Assembly (NCBI GenBank): GCA_001275005.1
Contig: JWZX01002320.1
Location: 1 to 34,223 of the forward strand
Reading direction: 5' to 3'
DNA length: 34,223 nucleotides
DNA from: Chrysochromulina tobinii
Taxonomy: Eukaryota
Shown piece by piece: positions 1 to 9,100 of the stretch. Both the position numbers and the translations under genes were made by a program. Numbering within the stretch: position 1 is the first letter of the stretch; each line of letters starts with the position of its first letter. Under the pieces are notes generated by a model. The model worked only from the letters and a program-made list of their open reading frames with translations. It had not been told where the DNA came from and searched no databases.

Positions 1-1
1 A

Positions 2-3000
2 ACCGCTGTCAACTTGCACGCTCCACCGACAGCCACTCGTGGCCTACGGCGCCTGTCGGAGGATGGGAGTAGCGTCAGCTCCGGGCAGGCAAGCCCGGTG
101 GTCACCTTCAAGCTGCTCCGGCCGAATGGGGACGAGATTGAGATCAAGAACGCCTCGACACCCATCGAAATCAGCCTGCCCTACCGCGTGAACTCTGTCA
201 ACAATAGCCGGCCGCCGTGCATTGGCGAGCCCACCTTGGAGCCAACGATCGAAGTCAGAGGCGGCCTCGTCGATGTGGCCTCGTCGTGGAGTTGTGACAC
301 GATCGTCCAGTGCCGCTTCTGGAACGAGGCTGAGGGGTTCTGGTCGACCGACGGCTGCAGGACGATCGTTGACGCGGAGGGTGGAGTCGGCTGCTCTTGC
401 AACCACCTCACCGAGTTCATCGCCTTTGAGTTTCCTCTCACCGTAGAAGAGTTACTCGACACGCTCCTGGAGTCGGTGACCATCAACACCATGAGCATCA
501 GCGCCGTGCAGTGCGCCTTAAATCCACGGATCGACAAAGATCCTGTGGTTTGGTGTCTCGTGATGCTCCTCATCGTGGCCCTCGTCATCAGTCTCGTGAA
601 TGCGGTCCGTCGCGATCGAGCGGAGATTGCTGTCACCGAGCTGCTTGTCAAAGGTCGCAAGCTGGAGGCACAGCGGAAGGCACACAAGAGCATCTCTCAA
701 ATCGTCGGCAGGAAAAAGGCAACCAAATCCGGACAAGATGTTCAACATCTCTTATTGCGTGCGTCGTCACGCGGGGATCTCTCATTCATCGCGGCATCGA
801 ACACTCAGGGGAAAGCGACAACGCGGAGCTCTTTGTTAGCGGCATCGGACGCCACCAGCGGGATAAACGCAACCAGCAGGAGAAAATCGGCAACGCCTGC
901 TCAGGGTCCAATGGCGAAGTCACCTGCGGCGCTCAGGTCATCCGCGGCCTTCGGCATCAAACAAGAGAAGCAGCCGCAGCAGCAGCACGCTACAAGCAGG
1001 AGAAAATCGGCATCGCTTGCTCAGGGTTCAAAGGGGAAGTCACTCGCGGCGCCCAGGTCATCCGCGGTCTTCGGCATCAAGCAGGAGAAGCAGCCCCTCC
1101 CTCCCAAAATCGGCGGCTTTGATGATCGTGCTGGGCAGCCTTCGCCTCCGCCGTCGCCCCCAACGTCCTCTATACTTTCGACCGCACCCCCACGAGTTGC
1201 ACCAAATCCACGTCGTCCCATGAGCCCTGCCGAAGCGGCCAAGTCGGGGCAGGGCAAAGGCGCGATACAAAAGGCAACAGGCTTCAAGGCGGTCGCGGCT
1301 CAGGCTGGAAATGTCAACGCCGCCACGGACGCGATGAGCAAGAGAGCGGCCGCGCCGGCGGCGGCAGGCTGCAGCTCGGCCAGGGACAAGACGGTGGCTG
1401 CCGCTACCACCAATGGGGCTGCGGGCAGCGGCGCCGCTCGACACCAGCGGCGCTGGTGGAGGTTGGGTTGGACGGCGTTGGCAGCCAACGCCCTCGGCCA
1501 GAGCAGTACGCCGCGTGGGCCGGCAGCTGATCCCGCAGACGAAGCAGCGTCAGACACTGCAACAGCCAATGGAGTTTCCCCGGCCACTGCCCCATTATTC
1601 GGCGCCACTCAAGAGACCTTCGTTGAGGCCTTCGAGCCTGCAGAAGAGGTCAGCATCGAGGAGATTGACGAGGAGGCCGGCGGTGCTGTTCCGCGTGCAC
1701 TGCCCCGGCGTTTGACGACCTCTCTGGATGAGCCGCCACCTGTAATGGCCAAGCATGAGAGGACCTCTCTGGACGAGTCTCCGCCTGCTCCGCTTACACG
1801 GAGTCTCGAACGCAAGCGGAGTCTCCGGGACGTGATACTAAAGCGTGAGCTGGGCAGGCAGGAGCGAGTCACATTTAATGTGGGTCCACAGGCCGTGCTG
1901 GCCAAGCAGCAGCGAGTCAAAATTGCAGTGCGTCACGAGCGAAAGAGAATAAAAATGGACGTGCTTGGGATCTTTGGCAATCGGGGCCAGGCGCCGGCTG
2001 CCGACGCCGGCTCTGGCCAAACTCCGCGCTTCTCGGCCGCGCACCGCTGGTCACAGGCCAAGCTGGAGGCACAGAAGGAAGTGCTTGCAAAGCGATGGAG
2101 CAAGGATGTCGACCGGCCGTACAAGCGCATCTGGCTAGCCTTCAAGGGATCGCACTCCCTGCTCTCCGGGCTCGTCTATCGCGGGGCGAGCGGCGCAACC
2201 CGAGCGATGACCGTGATGGTGCTTTTCAACTCAATCAACCTCGAGTTAGTGATCTTGTGCATGTTTTACTCGGGCCCAAGAAACGGCGAACCCATGGTAA
2301 TCAATCCGGTCGGCATCGTCTTTTCTGCGAGCATTGCAGCAGCTATTTGCATCCCGGCTATGCTCACCTTAGGCTGGCTTTTTGAGCCGGAGGTCCTCGC
2401 GCGCGTGCCCATCCGATTGCTTACACTGCTTTTCGGCTGGCCACTCCTTAAGCTGTACCGACTCATCGTTCCGGATAAGAGTGGCGAGACGACCAAAGTT
2501 GAGGAGGCCGTACCGCCAGATGGGTTGGCGTGGGAACTCATCGGATCCACCCCACCGACGACGGGAGGCTGCTACGAGCTCAGGAATGCGCAGCTGGCTT
2601 TTGCCCTACAGCGCCGCACTTGGTTCTATGAAGCTGACCTCCGGTCTTTCGGGCTCCTTCTTGTCAATCAGAAATGTTTCATCAAGGCAGGTGACCATTA
2701 TTTCCGCCCCAAGTTTGAGTTCTCTGTTTCTGCTGGAGGGCGGAAACTGACGTGCAGCGACAGAATAGTGCTCTCTCTACCAGGCTCTTCGTTGACTGAT
2801 GCTTTCCATATGAGCTCCATGGCCAGTCTCGGCCTGGCGCCCTGCACAAGGGATCTAACGGTCGATGCCGCGGGGTCTTCCGATCAGGGCCTCAGGCCCG
2901 TGCGTGAGGCCGACGTCGTGGAGCAGCTCGACGCAAGGCCGGGAGCTCAACTCGCAACAGAGACGTTGACGAAGCCGACGGATCCTCGCCATGAGCTCGA

Positions 3001-4093
3001 GGCACGGCCAACGGCAACGGTGCACCTCCCCGTGGTCCTCGAGGCGTTCAAGGGAGACAAGCTCGAAGCCGAGGATCCGTCGGTTTCGTCGAGGAAGGGC
3101 TCGTCGGTTTTCGGGCTCCAAGCCGAGGATCGGACCGCGGGAGCAGCCGCTGGCGTCACGAGCCCTCTGGAGCTCGGCAGCTCAGAACAGGCCGTTGACG
3201 AGCCCCCTTCACGTCCATCGGGAGATTCAATCCAGCCATCAGGCGATGGCATCCCCCTTGGGCGTGCGCGGCTCCGCGGAGCCATGAGCAAAGTGCGCGC
3301 GGTGAATCGAGCCTCTGCGCTGGCAGAGGCAAGTGCTGCCAAAAAGGCGGCTGAGGAGCAGGTGCTTGAGGTGCAGCGGAAACTTGAGGAGCTCAGGAAG
3401 CGTTGTGGTGCGCGGGCTTGTCAAGAGGGCGGAGTCAAGCTTTCCTCTGCACTGGCGATGTGTGTGGAGACGTGTGTGGAGAGCGGAGTGTCACTTTCTG
3501 CCGCATCGCCACCTCCTTCGCCTCCAGAAGAAGGATCCGAGCGCAAGCGAGAGCGCCCGCGCGTTCGTATTCGTTGCGGACAAAGCGCTCTTGCGAAGGG
3601 TCGTGCAGCTGAGAAGCGCATCTCGAAAGACGGCAGCAAACCTCGTCTCAAAAGCCTCTTGCAGCAAGCATCCAACAGAAACCGCCCGGTCAAGGACCGC
3701 AAGTTTTCATATGCGAGCCTCGACGACTGGATGCTGGCGCAGTCTCTGACACGATCGGTGCATTTGCGTCACTGGGCTGACGTGCGCAGGATCCTGTTCG
3801 GGTGGGTGGCCAGCCTGGTCGTTTGGTTCGGGCTCCTTATCACCTTCATCTTTTACGCATGCGAACTCTTTGTCGGCGGTGGCATGTGGCAGCAGCTCAT
3901 TTTTGCGTGGATCTTCTGCGTATTCCAGCGCTTCGTAGTCAACGAGCCCGTGCTCATCCTCGCTGCCAAGGGCTTTCCCATTCTCTTCGCGTCCGAGTTC
4001 TTCGCCAACTTTTGCGGAGAGACAATCGTGAACCTGCTCGACCTCAGCGTCCAGGCCATTACGTCGTGCTTCGCGTTCATGACCAAGCCGTGA
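2..4093 (+). CDS. GPS/GAIN-domain multi-pass membrane protein, polycystin-1 (PKD1/REJ)-like; 5' partial
   Basis: The frame is open from the window edge to TGA at 4091-4093. GPS motif CRFWNEAEGFWSTDGC...CSCNHLTEF has an intact H-L|T cleavage consensus and is followed by a TM helix (VVWCLVMLLIVALVISLV). The segment HSLLSGLVY..TRAMTVMVLFNSINLELVILCMFY resembles the PKD1-family TM2 region. Further TM segments lie near the C-terminus. Confidence 0.8.
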   Translation, partial: TAVNLHAPPTATRGLRRLSEDGSSVSSGQASPVVTFKLLRPNGDEIEIKNASTPIEISLPYRVNSVNNSRPPCIGEPTLEPTIEVRGGLVDVASSWSCDTIVQCRFWNEAEGFWSTDGCRTIVDAEGGVGCSCNHLTEFIAFEFPLTVEELLDTLLESVTINTMSISAVQCALNPRIDKDPVVWCLVMLLIVALVISLVNAVRRDRAEIAVTELLVKGRKLEAQRKAHKSISQIVGRKKATKSGQDVQHLLLRASSRGDLSFIAASNTQGKATTRSSLLAASDATSGINATSRRKSATPAQGPMAKSPAALRSSAAFGIKQEKQPQQQHATSRRKSASLAQGSKGKSLAAPRSSAVFGIKQEKQPLPPKIGGFDDRAGQPSPPPSPPTSSILSTAPPRVAPNPRRPMSPAEAAKSGQGKGAIQKATGFKAVAAQAGNVNAATDAMSKRAAAPAAAGCSSARDKTVAAATTNGAAGSGAARHQRRWWRLGWTALAANALGQSSTPRGPAADPADEAASDTATANGVSPATAPLFGATQETFVEAFEPAEEVSIEEIDEEAGGAVPRALPRRLTTSLDEPPPVMAKHERTSLDESPPAPLTRSLERKRSLRDVILKRELGRQERVTFNVGPQAVLAKQQRVKIAVRHERKRIKMDVLGIFGNRGQAPAADAGSGQTPRFSAAHRWSQAKLEAQKEVLAKRWSKDVDRPYKRIWLAFKGSHSLLSGLVYRGASGATRAMTVMVLFNSINLELVILCMFYSGPRNGEPMVINPVGIVFSASIAAAICIPAMLTLGWLFEPEVLARVPIRLLTLLFGWPLLKLYRLIVPDKSGETTKVEEAVPPDGLAWELIGSTPPTTGGCYELRNAQLAFALQRRTWFYEADLRSFGLLLVNQKCFIKAGDHYFRPKFEFSVSAGGRKLTCSDRIVLSLPGSSLTDAFHMSSMASLGLAPCTRDLTVDAAGSSDQGLRPVREADVVEQLDARPGAQLATETLTKPTDPRHELEARPTATVHLPVVLEAFKGDKLEAEDPSVSSRKGSSVFGLQAEDRTAGAAAGVTSPLELGSSEQAVDEPPSRPSGDSIQPSGDGIPLGRARLRGAMSKVRAVNRASALAEASAAKKAAEEQVLEVQRKLEELRKRCGARACQEGGVKLSSALAMCVETCVESGVSLSAASPPPSPPEEGSERKRERPRVRIRCGQSALAKGRAAEKRISKDGSKPRLKSLLQQASNRNRPVKDRKFSYASLDDWMLAQSLTRSVHLRHWADVRRILFGWVASLVVWFGLLITFIFYACELFVGGGMWQQLIFAWIFCVFQRFVVNEPVLILAAKGFPILFASEFFANFCGETIVNLLDLSVQAITSCFAFMTKP
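868..1095 (+). repeat. Two-copy tandem duplication (~120 nt period, 40 aa) within the PKD1-like gene
   Basis: ATSRRKSA..AQG...KS.AA.RSSA.FGIKQEKQP occurs twice with high nucleotide identity. Confidence 0.85.
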
Positions 4094-4455
4094 GATGTGC
4101 TTCGCTATAAGCCATAAGGCCCTGGCGGGGCCGATGCTCTGACATAGGCGTATGATAGGGTCGAGAGGGTCACAAGGGTCAAGGCGAGGCGAGTAAGCCC
4201 CCGAGTAAGCGGTACACAGTAGAAAGTCGAGTAACAGCTAACTCGTGGTGCCTTTCGGACGGCGACATTGATCAACGACCCTCGACAGCCGCAGTGCAGC
4301 CGAGCGGGGCGCCTAGCCGCTAGTCACACGATCCTCTCTCTAAGCGTGTCGTTCTAAATTATCCGAAGACAATACGCGGCCCGTAGATGCCGTCTCCACA
4401 GGCACAGCCGCTGACGCTGGCGAAGCACTCGGCGACGGGGCTGGGCCGAGAGTCG

Positions 4456-4515
4456 TCTCAATCTCAATCTCAATCTCAATCTCAATCTCAATCTCAATCT
4501 CAATCTCAATCTCAA
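4456..4515. repeat. (TCTCAA)n hexamer microsatellite, about 10 units
   Basis: Directly visible. Flanked by direct repeats GGCCGAGAGTCGTCTC at 4444-4459 and 4516-4531. Confidence 0.95.
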
Positions 4516-5235
4516 GGCCGAGAGTCGTCTCCGGTGTCAAGTCCGCCCCTCGACATGAAGCCTGCGCAAAGGCGCGCGGGCTTCAGCGAGCACGAGCACG
4601 GGACGCCGGCCTCCGATGTTCACAGCATGCGTTCACAGCACGGGACGCCCAGGTGTGAATCGCTCCCCGCCAGGACGCGTCGGATGCCTCCTAAAGCCCA
4701 AAGCGCGCTCGCCTAATCTCAAGCCGATCTCCAGCCGATCTCAACTCGAGCCGTGCAACTCGAGCCGTGAGGATATCGATGCTGACGCATACTGACGCAC
4801 GAATCGAGCGCCATGTCGAAGCCCATGCGTCAGCGCTCTGAGCAGAGCAGAGGTCGTCCCGTGGCTGAGGGAGCCAAGGCGCTCAGCGAGGCGCTCCGCG
4901 AGGGAGGTGCCCAAGACAGCGCCCCGCGAGGTTGAGGAGGAGCTCTCTCCGAATCTGGGCGACTGGCGCACCACCTTTGGGCGTCCGCCGCCGTCGCCCC
5001 CTCGCGGGATGATGGCTTCACGATACGGTTAAGATACGGTTGCCCAATTGTCGTTGCCGAACGCGACCTCAGGTCGACACGCCGTGAGAAAGGTGATGCT
5101 TCTCACATCGCTAAGAAAGAGTCCGGCGCAAGATTTTGACCTAAGGAGAGGGTTTCACTAGTAACGTATGGTAGTTACCCTATGGTGTTTCAACACAGTG
5201 GTCCGCCCCATCAGCGCATCTCGGCTTGGATGCGC

Positions 5236-6132
5236 TCACGACGGCGCTCCGCCCTCCACCCCCGCTGGCCCTCCACCCCCCGGCGGCATGTCGTCGTATA
5301 CAGTGTGGATGCTCAGCCCGGTCTCTCGTCGAGCACCGCCGCCGCCCCCCCCCACGATCGTGTGGGTGGGCAGCTTGCCGCCCTTGCGCACGCCCTTTGG
5401 GGCGGCCCCCTTAGCACCAGTGCCGGGCGCAGCGGCGGCCGGGTCGACGACGGTCGCGCCATCGCGTAGCAGCAGCACGTCGGCGTCCCGCAGCTGCAGC
5501 GGGTGCGCGCCAATTTTGGGACAAGTTCGTATTTTGGGCTCGTCCCATTTTAGGGCGGCGACGAAGGCGGGAGTGAGGCTCTTCGCGCCCACCTGATGGC
5601 AGAGCCACACAAAGGCACTCAGCGGCACTCAGACGCACTCAGGCGACGAAGGCAGGAGTGAGGCTCACCGTCGGTGGCTTGGCGAGGGAGAGCCGGGTGC
5701 GCTCGACGCCACAGACGGCGCTCAGCGCGTCTACGAGCTGCTCGGTGCTCCAACTGGTCTGGGCGCACAGCGTACCTGATGAGGGAGGCAATCAGAGGTC
5801 ATTAGAGGCCATGAGAGGTCATTAGAGGTCATCAGGTGCTCCATCTCGTTTGAGGCACATGACGTACCGCCACGTCGCACGATAACCGTGCTCTGGCCAG
5901 ATGCCGGCAGCGGCGGGGCCGGCGGCGGCGGCGGGGCTGCCTTCGCGCTGGCGACCGTCGTGCCCGGGGGCAGGCGTGCATCGGCGCTTGATTCCGAGGG
6001 CAGCGGCGGAGGGGCGAGGGCGCCGTGCGGGGCGAGGGCGGCGCTCGGCTTCGCTCCAAGCGCCTGCCGTACGGCTGCTACAAAGTCGTCCTCGGTGTCG
6101 GCGGTCGGCGCGTCTGATCTCTCACTACTACT

Positions 6133-6164
<32 letters not shown>

Positions 6165-9100
6165 TTGCACCGCCGCCGCTAGCACCGCTGCTCGCACCCG
6201 CACCCTCCTCAGCGCCGGCGCTGCTGCCCAGCACGGCGCTGCTGCCCAGCAACTGCCACCGAATGAGCAATGCCTCTTCGGTGAGCGACTCGGCGTGGCT
6301 GAGCTCCTGCACGGCAATCTCCTTATCCTCGAAGCCGCCCGTCATCGCCTGGCGCACCTGATGAGGAAGGCAATCCGAGCTTATTAGCAGGGACATAGGA
6401 GTCCTCTCTTAATCAGAGGTCATCAGAGGCCATCCGACCAATCAGAGGCACTCACTGCGCACTGTCTTCGCATCACGGAGGAGTCCTCTCTTAATCAGAG
6501 GTCATCAGAGGCAGGCCCTCGCTGCGCACTGTCTTCGCATCACGGAGGAGCCCTCCTGTTCGTGCGCCAGAGCGCTTGAAGAGCCGCAATGCGCTCGCCG
6601 ACGTCGCCAAGCTCAACTGACCGTTGGCGCTCAGGGCGCTATAGAGGCGACGCTTGAGCTCGCCGATCTTGAGATTCTCGGAGATTGCGAGCTCGCAGCA
6701 CGCGTCTCCCGATCGAAGTTTGGTGGCGAGAGGGTCGGAACCACCAAACTCGGAGCCACGCTCCACCGCCGCGGGCGCCGTCGCGGGCGATGGTGGCTCA
6801 CCCGCATCGCCCCCCTCACCCCCCTCATCCCCCTCACCCCCCTTTCCGGCCGCCCCGGTGGATAGGATGCCACTCCCCGCGCCAGCGTGCGCCCGTTCGC
6901 ACAAAAAGGCTCTTACGAGGACCTCATCCTTACCTGATGAGGGAAGCAATCAGAGATGTCATTAAGGGCCATCATCCTCACCAAGGGGCGCGCCTCGCCT
7001 GATGAGGGAAGCAATCAGAGGTCATTAAGGGCCATCATCCTCACCAAGGGGCGCGCCTCGCCTGATGAGGGAAGCAATCAGAAGTCACTAAGGGCCATCA
7101 TCCTCACCAAGGGGCGCGCCTCGCTCGACGTACACCGATGAGCCATCAGTGAGCCCGGCACCCCCAGGCCCCGATCCGAGCGGCGTCCCCTCCTCGTTCT
7201 TGAGATGCGACCTGATGAGGGAGGCCATCCGAGGTCAGCTGAGGTCATCCGAGGTCATCTGAGGTCATCTGAGGTCATCCGAGGTCATCCGAAGTCATCC
7301 GAGGTCATCCGAAGTCATCCGAGGTCATCCGAGGTCATCAGTGGCAATTAGTGGCGATTACCCCTTGGCCGCCCGTCGAAGGCGCAGCTGGCCGAGCGCC
7401 GTCGTGGGCACACCGAGCCGGCGCGCAATCTCCGCCTTGAGCTCCGCGAGCGTCTGCCGCCCGTCAACGGTCACCGTGTGCGCTGCCGCGAGCGCTGTGA
7501 ACGTGTCCGGTTCGAGCGGCGCTGTGACGAATTCCAATGGGCCCTCAGCGTCACGGGTTACGTCAACGTCGACGCCCAGTGCGGCAGCGCCCTCCGCATC
7601 GATCGGCTCGGCAGCCCCGGGTGCGAGCGCCGTGTCGAGCGCATTGAACGTGATGGTCATTCGATGGCGGGCACTCTCGCGTCGTCGCAGCAGCTCGCTC
7701 GGCGCGTCCGCCGTCACAGCCGCCTCGATCCATAACTCGTCCCCGGGCCGCACGCGCAGCCCTCCAAGTGTACACGTGGCATCCGTCATAGCCGGGAGTG
7801 ACGAGAGGACTCCCTCCCCCTCCTCTCCCACCTCCTCGTTGTCGTCGTTGAGGATGCGCCGCATCTTGGACGGTGGCGGCGGCGCCGACGTGAGCAACGA
7901 CCACGACCCATCGCTCCCGATGCGCACGATCCGCTGTACAGGCGCCGCCACCCCCAAGCGAGCCTCCACGACGGCGCGCAGATCGGCGAGCGACGCGTGG
8001 TTTGAACGGCCGTTGGGCACGCACAGGAGCTGCACAGGCCCTTCGATGCCCTCGTCGTAGGGCAAGGCGTCGCTCAGCACGGCAGCGGCGGCGGTGCCGT
8101 TGCTGTCGTTGTTGTTGTTGTTGTTGGTGGTGCTGCTGCTGATCATGGTGCTACTGATGGTGCTCATGTTGCTTGGAGGGAGGGCAGTGCTGACGTCAAG
8201 ATCGCCGGCCACCGCGCTGCTGACGCTGCCGGCCCCAGCGCCGTGATGAGCACCGCCGCCTTCGGCCGCCGCGAGACGCATCCGCTCGAGCTCGGTGAAG
8301 GCGGGCGTCGGGACTTTGTCCGGTGCCGCCGCCCCCTCCGCAGCCCCCTCCGCCGCCGCCGCCGCCTCCACCTCTTGGGACGTCGGGCACGCCGTCGTGG
8401 GCACCGAGGGCGCCCAGCGGCGCACGCGTAGGTACAGATCGTCCGGCGTGGGGGCTGGCCACGTGGCAGCGGCGGTTTCGGCCGAGCGCCTTTCGAAGAG
8501 CACGGCCGCGCGGGGGGCGAGGCAGAGCGTCGAGAGTGTCTGCTTCGCCTCCGCATCGAGCTCCGAGTTCGTCAACGGCTGCTCGGGCGTACCGTGCAGC
8601 GGATCCCATCGGCGCAGGCGCACCTGATGAGGGAGGCAATCAGACCTCATTAGAGCCAATCAAGGACGTGCAGAGGATCCCATCGGCGCAGGCGCACCAG
8701 CTGGCCGCTGCGCACGCGCACGCTACCGGCCGCATCAGGTGGCGAGACGCTCGCGCCGTCGTGAGCACTCGCGCCGTCGTGAGCGCCGTCCGGCCGTGCG
8801 GCGACGTGTGAACTGACAGCCCCCCCGTGTGAATTGACAGCCCCCCCGGCTGCTGGAGCGGCTGCTGACGGTGGGCCCGTCGCCGGCGACGTGGCTAGCC
8901 GAGCTTGCGCGCTGAGGAGCCTGAGAGCCGCGTCCGCATGCGAGCGATCTCCGCCGAGCTCGAGGGCGAGCTTGACGAGATCCGGTTCCGTCAATGCATG
9001 CTTCGAGCTCAACGAGGCGAGCACCGCTGGGAGATCGGGCGCGAGATCGGGCGCGGGCGTCGTGTCGGCAGCGAGCGCGGACGCGCAGATCTGCGGCAGC

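Noticed and set aside
4387..4716. ORF with SQSQ repeats (and the opposite-strand EIEI ORF) as a gene
   Set aside because: It is kept open largely by the microsatellite, has no recognisable motif, and the strand and frame are ambiguous.
6934..7125. Repeat-spacer-like pattern suggestive of a CRISPR array (also 10087-10599)
   Set aside because: The 'spacers' are copies of adjacent exon sequence, the repeats end in splice acceptors, the context is eukaryotic and there are no cas genes.
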